From an uncultured Alphaproteobacteria bacterium (lineage in GTDB: Bacteria > Pseudomonadota > Alphaproteobacteria > Rs-D84): a stretch of 64,000 nt of DNA. Numbering within the stretch: the first letter of the stretch is position 1; each line of letters starts with the position of its first letter. Where the stretch lies: assembly GCA_947053455.1 (NCBI GenBank), contig CAMRSV010000001.1, positions 177,010-241,009 on the forward strand, given 5' to 3'. The position numbers were made by a program, and so were the translations under genes. Below the pieces are notes generated by a model, which was given only the letters and a program-made list of their open reading frames with translations, did not search any database and had not been told where the DNA came from. Below, in pieces: positions 43,454 through 52,601 of the stretch.

Positions 43454-44019
43454 AATTTAAACTGCTGTATTTCGGGGATATTTTAATAAATCCTAAAAAA
43501 CGTGCGCAGCACATATCAGATATTCGGATGCAATTTCATCCGCAACTTAAAAAACTGTTGGAACATAGACCTTGGGACAATATGACCCAATACATGTTGC
43601 CGAACGCGACGAAAAGCCCGATTACAACCCGTCATGTTGGCGGAATTGACTGGAACCCGATTATAACGCCGAATTTGAAATTGTTGGCGGAACTGGATAT
43701 TCAAATGATGCATCCGGAAATCATTGGGGTGCCGCATTCAGATATAGATAATCGTCTAAAAACGCTATTTGATGGGCTGCGTGCGCCGCAAAACGAACAT
43801 GAAATTGGTGAAAATACGCCCCGTGACATCGGACCAATTTACACGCTGCTTGATGATGACCACCTGGTAACAAAAACAACGATAAATACCAGCCATCTGT
43901 TATCGTCCGACATATTTGCACAATGTCGTCCCAATTCCCCTGATTCCGTATTTGTGATGATTGACGTAAATGTACGCGTCGCCGAAGGAACGTTGGAAAA
44001 TCTGCCGTTTATGATATAA
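43450..44019 (+). CDS. Hypothetical 189-aa protein, third gene of a compact operon
   Basis: It overlaps the upstream gene by 4 nt (ATGA). No family was recognised. A terminator follows. Confidence 0.45.
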   Translation: MKFKLLYFGDILINPKKRAQHISDIRMQFHPQLKKLLEHRPWDNMTQYMLPNATKSPITTRHVGGIDWNPIITPNLKLLAELDIQMMHPEIIGVPHSDIDNRLKTLFDGLRAPQNEHEIGENTPRDIGPIYTLLDDDHLVTKTTINTSHLLSSDIFAQCRPNSPDSVFVMIDVNVRVAEGTLENLPFMI

Positions 44020-44050
44020 AAACGCCCGTTTGGGCGTTTTTACTTTTTTA
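44018..44050. terminator. Bidirectional terminator between the three-gene operon and macB
   Basis: The hairpin AAAACGCCCGTTTGGGCGTTTT is flanked by A-runs and T-runs. Confidence 0.8.
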
Positions 44051-44057
44051 TACCGGT

Positions 44058-45275
44058 TTATTCGTACCGCAGACTGTCAATTGGGTTTAATTTTGCCGCC
44101 TTTAGCGCGGGGAACACACCGGATGCAAGCCCTACAACAACCGCGACTGTAACTGACACCATTACCGGCCAAATACTAAACGGCACATTATATCCCAGCA
44201 CAAGACGCCCAATTCCCTGGGACAGCCCGACCCCAATCAGCAATCCTGCCATTGAACCGATAAATGAAATCAGTATAGATTCAGACAGAAATTGAATTAT
44301 AATCTGACGTTCGCGCGCACCAATTGCCTTGCGGATACCGATTTCGCGCGTGCGTTCTGCAACCGATACCAGCATCATATTCATAATGCCGATTGCACCA
44401 ACCAGCAAGGACACCGCTGCGATCGCAATCAGCAGCAGTTTAAGGTAACCCGTTACGGTGTTCATTGTTTCCATTATTTGTTTCATATCCATGATTTGAA
44501 AATCGTCTACTGCGTCGTCCTTTAACTTGTGCCGGTCACGCAGCAGTGCGGTAATCTGTTCAATCGCCAGCGTGTTGTCCGCATCGGGATAAAGTTTTAG
44601 TGCAATCATACTGACCGCGTTGGGAAAACGGCTGCCCTGTAGACGTTTTTTTAGTGTGGTTATGGGAATTATCACAATGTCGTCCTGGCTGCCCATGGCG
44701 GAATCGCCCTTGGCCTTGGTTACGCCTATGATTACAAACGGCGTGTTTTGAACGCGGATAATTTCGCCAACCGGATTTGTAGACATGCCTAATTCTTCGG
44801 CTGTTTTCGGGCCGATTATGGCATATGTGGATGCGTTTCGGACGGCGGATTGGTCAAAGAATGTTCCGTATTCAATTTCAATATTTTGAACAATTGTATA
44901 ATCTGGATACACGCCAACCATGGATGACGCCCAGTTCTTGTTTCCATAAATAATTTGTGCTGCGCTGTTTTGAACGGGGGTCACCGCCATAACATCGGGC
45001 AGTTTTGCAATAAATTCCGCATCCTGTATCGTCAATGTTTGGCGGTTTCCGGTACGTACACCGGCACTTTGTGCAGCGCCGGCACGTATCATAATTGTAT
45101 TTGTACCCAGTGATGAAAACTGGTCGGTAATCTGCTTTTGCACGGTTTCACCGACCGCCACCATTATAACCACGGCCATAACGCCAATAACAATGCCCAG
45201 CACCGTTAAAAACGACCGCATTTTATTTCCACTGACCGACAGCCAGGATTCTTTTAATATGTCGCCCAAAGTCAT
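44058..45275 (-). CDS. macB: ABC transporter permease, MacB/FtsX family
   Basis: The N-terminal MacB periplasmic domain and a C-terminal FtsX four-TM domain are present. Confidence 0.88.
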   Translation of the reverse strand: MTLGDILKESWLSVSGNKMRSFLTVLGIVIGVMAVVIMVAVGETVQKQITDQFSSLGTNTIMIRAGAAQSAGVRTGNRQTLTIQDAEFIAKLPDVMAVTPVQNSAAQIIYGNKNWASSMVGVYPDYTIVQNIEIEYGTFFDQSAVRNASTYAIIGPKTAEELGMSTNPVGEIIRVQNTPFVIIGVTKAKGDSAMGSQDDIVIIPITTLKKRLQGSRFPNAVSMIALKLYPDADNTLAIEQITALLRDRHKLKDDAVDDFQIMDMKQIMETMNTVTGYLKLLLIAIAAVSLLVGAIGIMNMMLVSVAERTREIGIRKAIGARERQIIIQFLSESILISFIGSMAGLLIGVGLSQGIGRLVLGYNVPFSIWPVMVSVTVAVVVGLASGVFPALKAAKLNPIDSLRYE

Positions 45276-46009
45276 TTTTGCCCCCGTTCCAAAACACGTT
45301 CATCACGCGGGATTGACCCGTCATAATTTATCCGTCCGTCGCGGATATGTATCAGGCGACTTGCGTATTTTGCGATGTCGAATTCATGGGTTATCATGAC
45401 AATTGTGATGCCCATGTCGCGATTTAGCTGTTTTAAAAATGTCAGTATTTCATGACCCATTTTACTGTCCAGTGCACCGGTCGGTTCGTCCGCCAAAATC
45501 AGTTTTGGGTCGCCCGCCAATGCGCGCGCGATTGCGACACGCTGTTTCATGCCGCCGGACAATTGGTTCGGCAGATATGATTCAAACTTTTCAAGTCCGA
45601 CCCGCCGCAGCATTTCACGTGCACGTCGCACACGTTCGTCCATGGGCAGGCCGCGGTACATTAACGGCAACATTACGTTGTCTAGAACGCTGCGCTTTGA
45701 TAGTAGGTTGAACTGCTGGAACACGAATCCGATATACTCGTTTCTAATCACGGCCAGTTCGTCTGGCGTCATGTTGGCAATGTCGCGGCCATATAGTTCA
45801 TAAGTGCCACTGGTCGGTGTGTCCAGTGCGCCAATAATGTTCATGCATGTAGACTTTCCAGAACCCGACGGCCCCATGATTGCGACAAATTCGCCGGCGT
45901 GCACCTTGAATGTTATATCAAACAAAACCTGCTGTTGGCCGCCCATTTCCAGCGGGAAACTTTTGCAGATTTTATCCATTGAAATAACTATGTCCTGTGA
46001 TTTTGGCAT
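45272..46009 (-). CDS. ABC transporter ATP-binding protein (MacB/LolD-type ATPase)
   Basis: The Walker A reads GPSGSGKST, the ABC signature reads [15 protein letters not shown] and the Walker B reads [11 protein letters not shown]. The start was chosen at MPKSQ. Confidence 0.9.
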   Translation of the reverse strand: MPKSQDIVISMDKICKSFPLEMGGQQQVLFDITFKVHAGEFVAIMGPSGSGKSTCMNIIGALDTPTSGTYELYGRDIANMTPDELAVIRNEYIGFVFQQFNLLSKRSVLDNVMLPLMYRGLPMDERVRRAREMLRRVGLEKFESYLPNQLSGGMKQRVAIARALAGDPKLILADEPTGALDSKMGHEILTFLKQLNRDMGITIVMITHEFDIAKYASRLIHIRDGRINYDGSIPRDERVLERGQK

Positions 46010-46025
46010 AATTTTTCCGTGTTTT

Positions 46026-47246
46026 CTAACGCGGGCCAGCGCCCATCGGGTTACCTGTACGTGATTTGTTATTATTGGTTGCACCTGTTGCGCCAACGCG
46101 TCCGGTTATTATTTTGTCGCCGTCGCGAATGTCGTCGGAAATTATTTCCGTTTCCGTCGCCGTTACCAAACCTTTTTGATACGGAACAAAGATAATATCA
46201 TTTTGTCCCGCGCGTTCAATCGCCAGATGTGTTTTTGGTGTTGCCGCACCCGGATTTTCGGTTATATTAGTAAATGTCCGCACCAGAAACGCGGAATTTG
46301 GTGCCTTGTATACGTCTTCTTTTTCTGATACGACAATCGTCACGAACGCGGTCATGCCCGGCATCAGTGACAAGTCCGAATTGTCCACGTCAATTACAAC
46401 CGTGTAAACAACGACGTTTGACGTTGTTGTTGGTGACAATCTTATCTGACGGACAACACCGTTAAATGTTTGTAGCGGATATGCGTCAACCGTGAATGTG
46501 ACGGGCTGGTTGTCCTTGATTACGCCAATATCTGCCTCTGATACGGCGGTTTCAATCTGCATTTTGGACAAGTCTTCGGCAATTTCGAACAAATCCGGCG
46601 TCTGGAAAGATGCGGCAACGGTTTGCCCATTATCAACCTTGCGCGAAATAACGGTACCGTCAACGGGCGACGTAATTGTCGCATACCCCAGATTGGTCAT
46701 TGCGCGTTCATATTGCGACTGCATGCGCAGAACGGATTGTTCCGCCTGTTCATACGTGGTTTGCGATTGTTCCATTTCCGCACGTGAAATAAATCCTTCT
46801 GCGTACAATGCTTTGTTGCGTTCATATTCGCTTTTTGCATAGTTGCGCTGGGACTCGGCACTGACCAAGGATGCCTTTGCTTCGTCCACCGACGCCTGCA
46901 GAACAGATGGTTCAATGGTAAGCAAGATATCGCCTTTTTTCACCTTGGAATTGTAATCCACAAACAGGCCGTTTATGGTGCCGGACACCTGGGAACCGAC
47001 GCTGACGGTGTTTACGGGCATTATTTCACCAGTGGCACTTACCACCTGACGCATGTCGCCGCGTGTGATTTTTACAGTCGAAAATTCTGATTTTTCCTTA
47101 TCTTCGCCGCCGCTAAATATCATTACAATCGCAACAATAACGGCGATTATTAAAAATAGCCATTTTTTGCGCCATATCCATTTGAACATGCGACGAATAA
47201 ACGACGGGCGAACCGTTGTCGTGTCAGTGGTTTTATTGTTCTTCAT
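46026..47246 (-). CDS. macA: HlyD/MacA-family periplasmic adaptor (membrane fusion) protein
   Basis: It has an N-terminal TM anchor, a coiled-coil hairpin and the beta-barrel and membrane-proximal domains of efflux adaptors. Confidence 0.85.
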   Translation of the reverse strand: MKNNKTTDTTTVRPSFIRRMFKWIWRKKWLFLIIAVIVAIVMIFSGGEDKEKSEFSTVKITRGDMRQVVSATGEIMPVNTVSVGSQVSGTINGLFVDYNSKVKKGDILLTIEPSVLQASVDEAKASLVSAESQRNYAKSEYERNKALYAEGFISRAEMEQSQTTYEQAEQSVLRMQSQYERAMTNLGYATITSPVDGTVISRKVDNGQTVAASFQTPDLFEIAEDLSKMQIETAVSEADIGVIKDNQPVTFTVDAYPLQTFNGVVRQIRLSPTTTSNVVVYTVVIDVDNSDLSLMPGMTAFVTIVVSEKEDVYKAPNSAFLVRTFTNITENPGAATPKTHLAIERAGQNDIIFVPYQKGLVTATETEIISDDIRDGDKIITGRVGATGATNNNKSRTGNPMGAGPR

Positions 47247-48573
47247 TCTCTATCTCCCGTGGTTCTGTAAGTCCTATGCGTATATCGCCTATGGCCAGGG
47301 CGACCGCCGCGCGTTTTGTAAATAAATCATATTTGGCGGCATTGTTTTGTTTCTGGGCGTCGACCAGTTCAGACTGCGCCGTCTGCCAATCAAGCATGGT
47401 GGCGCGGCCAACCTTGTACATACCGGCGGTTACGCGTTCGCTTTCTGTTGCGGATTTCAGCAGCGTTTCAGTTTGCTTTAAAACAGTTTGCGCTGTTTTA
47501 TAGTTTTGGTACGCTGTAAATATGTCCAAACTTGCGTTATCTTGGGCATATTTTTCTTGTTCTATTGCGCGTTCATAGTTCGCCTGCGCGGTGCGCACAT
47601 TATACATGTTCGCAAAGCCAGCAAATATCGGCATTGATGCGCGGATGCCGATGCTGCCGCTGACCTTATCGTTGCCGGCGTTAAAGCTTTCCGATGGCGT
47701 GTCGTTCCAAGAAACGCTGCCCGATGCGGATATGCTGGGCAAATTCGACAGGAACGATGAATTTCGCCGGTGCCATGCGGCATCCTTGTTTGCGGTCGCG
47801 CGCAGTAAATCCGGACGTGATGATTGCGCCATTTGAATCAGTTCGTCTACACTCTGCACCTCGGCTGCGCCACCAAATTCGGACGGCATGTCGGCGATTT
47901 CTATTTCCTGATTTGCTGGGAACGACAATTTAGACAGCAAGGTGCCCTTTGCGATTTCGCGGTTGTTTTTTGCACGTTCCAGTTCCAGTTCGCGACTGGC
48001 CAAGGTGGTGTCGGCCTTTAATACATCTGCCTTGGCGACCGAGCCCGCACGGAATTTTTTATCGGCCGTATCTTTGGCCGTTTTTGCAACAGTGCGAAGT
48101 GCGGTGGCAGACTTAACATCCGCATCCGCATTCAACAGATTGTAATATGCCCCGATAATGCCATAGACATAATTTTGAACGGTTTCATCATAGTCAAAAC
48201 CCGTCGCCCGCCAAACGGCCGCCAATTGATTCAGGTCGGATAAACGTTTTCCAAAATCGAATATCAAATAAGACGCGGATAGCGATGCACCTGTCGACCA
48301 TTCGCCCCACTTTTCATTGCGATAAGGCAGTGACGCCGATGCCGATGCATCAACCCGCGGCAGATAATTTGCATAACCCGCATTTTTGGAAAAGCGTGCG
48401 GCCTCGTACGATAAATATGCTGATGCGGTCTGTGGATTACGGCACAGTCCCAGATTTACAATTTCAGGTAATTTTAATTTCCCCGCTGGCACGGTCATAC
48501 GCGTTGCACAATCATCCGTTGCCGCAAATGCAACCCCTGGTATTGCACACAGCAATATCAATAACTTTTTCAT
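47233..48573 (-). CDS. tolC: TolC-family outer membrane efflux protein
   Basis: It has a signal peptide (MKKLLILLCAIPGVAFA) and two repeated alpha-helical/beta-barrel halves typical of TolC. Confidence 0.85.
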   Translation of the reverse strand: MKKLLILLCAIPGVAFAATDDCATRMTVPAGKLKLPEIVNLGLCRNPQTASAYLSYEAARFSKNAGYANYLPRVDASASASLPYRNEKWGEWSTGASLSASYLIFDFGKRLSDLNQLAAVWRATGFDYDETVQNYVYGIIGAYYNLLNADADVKSATALRTVAKTAKDTADKKFRAGSVAKADVLKADTTLASRELELERAKNNREIAKGTLLSKLSFPANQEIEIADMPSEFGGAAEVQSVDELIQMAQSSRPDLLRATANKDAAWHRRNSSFLSNLPSISASGSVSWNDTPSESFNAGNDKVSGSIGIRASMPIFAGFANMYNVRTAQANYERAIEQEKYAQDNASLDIFTAYQNYKTAQTVLKQTETLLKSATESERVTAGMYKVGRATMLDWQTAQSELVDAQKQNNAAKYDLFTKRAAVALAIGDIRIGLTEPREIENEEQ

Positions 48574-48674
48574 AAATCCCTCTCTACCCATGAAAATCAA
48601 TTTATGGACTTATTATACAATTTTTATGTTGAATTACAATTTTTTTTTGCCTAATATGCGTGTGCAAAAGCAAA

Positions 48675-48748
48675 GGCCTGGTGGCAGAGTGGTTATGCAG
48701 AGGACTGCAAATCCTTGTATGCCGGTTCGATTCCGACCCAGGCCTCCA
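48675..48748 (+). tRNA. tRNA-Cys (anticodon GCA)
   Basis: The cloverleaf is GGCCTGG...GAGGA-CTGCAAA-TCCTT...GGTTCGATTCC...CCAGGCC-T-CCA. Confidence 0.88.
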
Positions 48749-48752
48749 AAAA

Positions 48753-48780
48753 TTAACCGCCCAAATAGGGCGGTTTTTAT
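48753..48780. terminator. Bidirectional terminator after tRNA-Cys and the sspB-like gene
   Basis: The hairpin AACCGCCCAAATAGGGCGGTT is followed by a T-run. Confidence 0.8.
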
Positions 48781-49244
48781 TATTTGTTTCTGTTTTTTCT
48801 AAATTCGTCCAACGATACAACGCGACCTGTGTCTGCGGTTGCCTGTTCATCCAAGGGCAATTCCATATCGTTGTCGGCCGCGGGCGTTGCCGCGCTGCGC
48901 GGATGGAATGACAGCATGAAATCAACAGATGGATCCTTGAATTCAACCAAGGCCGAAAATGGCACGCGAATAAAAAAGGGTCTGCCGTCAAATGTTAATT
49001 GAACACCAAATTCCTTGTCCGACACATTAAGATTATTATAAGAATACTGCAACACGATTGTCATTATGTCCGGATAGCGCATCCGTAAAAAATCCGGCAA
49101 TACCACGCCCGGTGCACGTGTTTTGAACGTTATAAAGAAATGCGTCCCGTCCCCCAATCCGTTAAACTGGGCGTGTGTTAGTGCATCCTTTACGACAGAT
49201 TTTAATGCGTTGTCCAATAATGCCTGGTAATCAATCTTGCTCAT
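48780..49244 (-). CDS. sspB: ClpXP adaptor SspB homologue (alphaproteobacterial SspB-alpha type)
   Basis: Conserved blocks are present (HFFITFKTRAPGVVLPDFLRMRYPDIMTIVLQ ... RVPFSALVEFKDPSVDF). It also has an acidic C-terminal tail with a ClpX-binding-like end. Confidence 0.75.
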   Translation of the reverse strand: MSKIDYQALLDNALKSVVKDALTHAQFNGLGDGTHFFITFKTRAPGVVLPDFLRMRYPDIMTIVLQYSYNNLNVSDKEFGVQLTFDGRPFFIRVPFSALVEFKDPSVDFMLSFHPRSAATPAADNDMELPLDEQATADTGRVVSLDEFRKNRNK

Positions 49245-50334
49245 TTCCGTCCGTTTTATTTTGAATAACTATATTACTTATTTCCCCATCGTTGCAAGCA
49301 ACAAATGCCGCGTCATTTACATCTGAAAATGCGTTCGCGTCCAATCCCGTGGCCCATACCTGGGCGCGTGCCGCAGCAAACGCGCGAAACATACGGTGCC
49401 GTGCGTCCGGATCCAGGTGGGCGGCCGCCTCGTCCAGCAGGATTATCGGTCGCCGCCCCGTTTTTTCATAAACCAATCGTGCATGCGCCATAATCATGTC
49501 TATCAAAACACTTTTCTGCTGACCTGTGCTGGTTAGTGCCGCCGGCAAGTCAAGCTTTTCATTAAAGACGCCAAAATCGGATTTGTGCGAGCCGTCCAAA
49601 ATCATTTTGTCACCCAATAATTCACGCGCCCCGTGCAGGTATTCCAGATATGCGCGTTCTGCGTCCCCAGGTGTCATTCCAGAAATTAGGTTGGATTCAA
49701 TCATTCCCGCAACAGACATAGCCGCGCCGGATAGAAAATAATTAATTTCCCCAGCATATTGAACGCGCGCAGCGGCAACCGCAACCGCAACTGATGCGAT
49801 TTGCATATCCAACGCGTCTGTCCAGCGTGCATCCCGCCCCGATTTTAATGCAAACGCCCGTTCCGACAGCAGTTTTGTAAGACGCGCCACGCGTCCGGCA
49901 TGCGTTGCGTCAAAGCCTGATACTAATCGGTCGAAGAACGCACGACGTTCCCCCGCGCCATCAACGAAAATTCTGTCTTCGCGGGGGGTAATCCAAACCA
50001 TTGGCAATTGCGCGACCAATTGCGACAATGGGGCCGTATCCCCGTCAATTCGTGCGCGTCGGTTTGCGTCGCCCGCGGTGTATGTTATCGAAATTTCCGT
50101 GTCATCGGACAATGTTGCAAATATCGAAAATCCGCCGCAACCGTTAAATCGTGCAATGTCTGTCATGGGGGCGCCACGCATTCCACGGTCACCGGATAAC
50201 ATGGACAACGCCTCTAGCACGGCGGTCTTGCCGGCGCCGTTGGGGCCAGTGATTATAATGTTGCGCCGGCCGGCCGTTTTTATACGGCACATTTCATGAT
50301 TTCTAAAATCGGTCAGCGTCAAAGTTTCAATCAT
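49231..50334 (-). CDS. recF: DNA replication and repair protein RecF
   Basis: The Walker A reads ITGPNGAGKTAVLEAL, the SMC-like signature is present and the Walker B reads ILLDEAAAHLD. The start is at MIETLTL. Confidence 0.9.
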   Translation of the reverse strand: MIETLTLTDFRNHEMCRIKTAGRRNIIITGPNGAGKTAVLEALSMLSGDRGMRGAPMTDIARFNGCGGFSIFATLSDDTEISITYTAGDANRRARIDGDTAPLSQLVAQLPMVWITPREDRIFVDGAGERRAFFDRLVSGFDATHAGRVARLTKLLSERAFALKSGRDARWTDALDMQIASVAVAVAAARVQYAGEINYFLSGAAMSVAGMIESNLISGMTPGDAERAYLEYLHGARELLGDKMILDGSHKSDFGVFNEKLDLPAALTSTGQQKSVLIDMIMAHARLVYEKTGRRPIILLDEAAAHLDPDARHRMFRAFAAARAQVWATGLDANAFSDVNDAAFVACNDGEISNIVIQNKTDGNEQD

Positions 50335-50652
50335 GCCCGGATAATACAATTATATCGGAAAAAATACAAGTCCCCCATGGTGTGATTTTTTTATTCTTTG
50401 CAAAAAATTGCGGCCATGTTATAATCTTGATGTTGGCGGGTGTTTCGCCGACGGGGTGTGAGAACCTCACTTAAGCGTCGTAATTGTAATTGGCGCAGTG
50501 CGCCTTTATTTATGCGATGAAAAGCTCCTGACCACTGGGTCAGGAGGGTCGCTGAATATAAAAATACGCGGCACAATACTTAAGATTGTTCTCAACCTCC
50601 TGACCACTGAATTTCGGTGGTTTTTTGTTAAGCACAAAGAAAGAAGGGGCCT

Positions 50653-51240
50653 ATGAAATCTTTATGCTTTTGTGCGTTTGCGGCGACATCTGCCATTTAT
50701 ATGCAAATCGCAAACGCAGCGATGAGTACATGTATGCAAAGCTTTGCATGTAGTGTGGGTAATTGCACTGTTTTAAACAGAGCTTCACTTAATTGTATTT
50801 CATACCATACGACGTATTATGAACCATATGGTGGTATTGAGAGTTGCGAGATATGTGAATCAGGGTATGCGCGGACAGAACGTTCTTTACAATTGGCGAC
50901 CGCATGTACCGCGACATATTATACCTGCGAAGAAATCTGTAACGGTTGCACAAATTGCGTCAGTGATACATCGTATAGTACCGTCGCCACCGGTTATGAA
51001 TTGATGGTAAAGCGGCAATGTTATTGTAATACGTGCAGTGAAACATATCTATTTCGTTGCGCCGCCGGATATTGGGGCAAGAGTACCAACGGAACATCCG
51101 GATGCAAGAAATGTCCAACGCCCGGCGTGTCGCCTGCGGGCGCGACAAGTGCCACACAATGCTATGTGGCGGCCGGCGTAAAAATGAACGATACAACCGG
51201 CGTTTATGAATTTACATCTGCGTGTTATAATTCAAATTAA
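50653..51240 (+). CDS. Secreted, extremely cysteine-rich protein of unknown function
   Basis: It has a signal peptide (MKSLCFCAFAATSAIYMQIANA) and about 28 Cys in 195 aa with repeated C-x-x-C and CxC spacing. No bacterial family was recognised. Confidence 0.55.
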   Translation: MKSLCFCAFAATSAIYMQIANAAMSTCMQSFACSVGNCTVLNRASLNCISYHTTYYEPYGGIESCEICESGYARTERSLQLATACTATYYTCEEICNGCTNCVSDTSYSTVATGYELMVKRQCYCNTCSETYLFRCAAGYWGKSTNGTSGCKKCPTPGVSPAGATSATQCYVAAGVKMNDTTGVYEFTSACYNSN

Positions 51241-51247
51241 ATAAAAG

Positions 51248-51275
51248 AACACCGCCCGAATGGGCGGTGTTCGGT
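51248..51275. terminator. Bidirectional terminator between the Cys-rich gene and the OmpA-family gene
   Basis: The hairpin GAACACCGCCCGAATGGGCGGTGTTC is present, with a T-run on the minus strand. Confidence 0.75.
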
Positions 51276-51279
51276 GTGA

Positions 51280-51927
51280 TTATTTGTTCGGAATAATCTT
51301 TATTTCAACCCGTCGGTTCTGGGCGCGACCGGCGGCCGTGCTGTTTGATGCAATCGGGTTAGAGACGCCCATGCCGATTACTTCAAATCGTGATGCCTTG
51401 ACCCCTTGACCCTGCAGGTAGGCAGCTACCGCCTGCGCACGGCTTTGCGACAAGGACTGGTTGTATTCAATCGTACCTGTGTTGTCGGTAAATCCCGATA
51501 CCATCACGGTTGAATTACTGTATTTTTTCAAAACCTTGGCCACGGAATTCAGCGTTGCATAGAAAGATGCATTTATATCTGCGGAATCTGTCTTGAACGT
51601 GATGTTGCCCGGCATAATCAGGCGAATGCTGTCGCTGTCGCGGACAACGCCAACGCCGGTTGATGCCAATTCCTGGCGCAGTTCGGCTTCCTGTGTGTCC
51701 AGATAATATCCGGTACCACCGCCAACCGCCGCCCCGGCAAGTCCCCCGATGATTGCACCGGTGCCACTTTTCTTGGCCACCAATGCACCCGTCGCCGCGC
51801 CGGTTGCCGCACCGATTGCGGTGCCCCATACAGCCTTGGACGTTTGGGTTTCGCCGGTATATGGATTAACCGTCGTGCATGCCGCTAGCATACCTGTCAT
51901 CGCCATTGCAATTGCGATTTTTTTCAT
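51280..51927 (-). CDS. OmpA-family lipoprotein with glycine-zipper segment (YiaD/Pal-like)
   Basis: It has a lipobox (LAACTT) and a Gly-zipper (GAATGALVAKKSGTGAIIGGLAGAAVGGG). The C-terminal OmpA peptidoglycan-binding domain reads FTDNTGTIEYNQSLSQSRAQAV...NRRVEI. Confidence 0.8.
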   Translation of the reverse strand: MKKIAIAMAMTGMLAACTTVNPYTGETQTSKAVWGTAIGAATGAATGALVAKKSGTGAIIGGLAGAAVGGGTGYYLDTQEAELRQELASTGVGVVRDSDSIRLIMPGNITFKTDSADINASFYATLNSVAKVLKKYSNSTVMVSGFTDNTGTIEYNQSLSQSRAQAVAAYLQGQGVKASRFEVIGMGVSNPIASNSTAAGRAQNRRVEIKIIPNK

Positions 51928-52017
51928 GAATTTTCTCCTTCCTTAAAACGGTATAATTTTAACTTATTTTTATAAAAACACAAAAAGTATTTAACCGCCA
52001 TGCGGCGGTTGAATTTC

Positions 52018-52094
52018 TGGTGGGTGTTGAGGGACTCAAACCCCCGACCCTCTCGGTGTAAACGAGATGCTCTAATCAACTGAGCTAAACACCC
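52018..52094 (-). tRNA. tRNA-Val (anticodon TAC)
   Basis: The cloverleaf is GGGTGTT...TCTCG-TTTACAC-CGAGA...GGTTTGAGTCC...AACACCC-A-CCA. Confidence 0.88.
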
Positions 52095-52149
52095 AAGACC
52101 AGCGAATAATAGATTATATTTTTAGCCATGTCCAGTGTTTTTTATCTGT

Positions 52150-52587
52150 TTATGCATCACGCGGTTGCATAATTGCAGAAAATGTCGCTTCTGCCACCTT
52201 GCGACCACCGACCATTGCGATGCCCTGGAACTTATACATGCGCATTTTACTCATCAGCAGTTCCACGTGCAGTTCCAGTACATCACCAGGTTTTACCATA
52301 TGGGAAAACTTTACCTTGTCTATTGTTGTAAAGTACCCCAACGTTTTGCCATCCGTTGCCCCCATTGCATTCAGTGCGATAAAGCACGCGGTTTGAGCCA
52401 ATGCCTCAACCTGCAGTACGCCGGGCATAATCGGACAGTCTGGGAAATGCCCCGCACACCAGAATTCGTTGTCGCGGACATAATGAATGCCGATGCCGCT
52501 GGTTTCGTTAAATTCCCTAATTTCATCTATCAAGCGCATGTCACCGCGATGCGGTATTATTTTTTCAATGCCATTTGCGTCTACCAT
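52150..52587 (-). CDS. fabZ: 3-hydroxyacyl-ACP dehydratase FabZ
   Basis: The hot-dog fold reads LPHRGDMRLIDEI...HFPDCPIMPGVLQVEALAQ. It lies downstream of lpxD, as in the conserved cluster. Confidence 0.9.
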   Translation of the reverse strand: MVDANGIEKIIPHRGDMRLIDEIREFNETSGIGIHYVRDNEFWCAGHFPDCPIMPGVLQVEALAQTACFIALNAMGATDGKTLGYFTTIDKVKFSHMVKPGDVLELHVELLMSKMRMYKFQGIAMVGGRKVAEATFSAIMQPRDA

Positions 52588-52601
52588 TTGCAAATCTCCT
52601 T

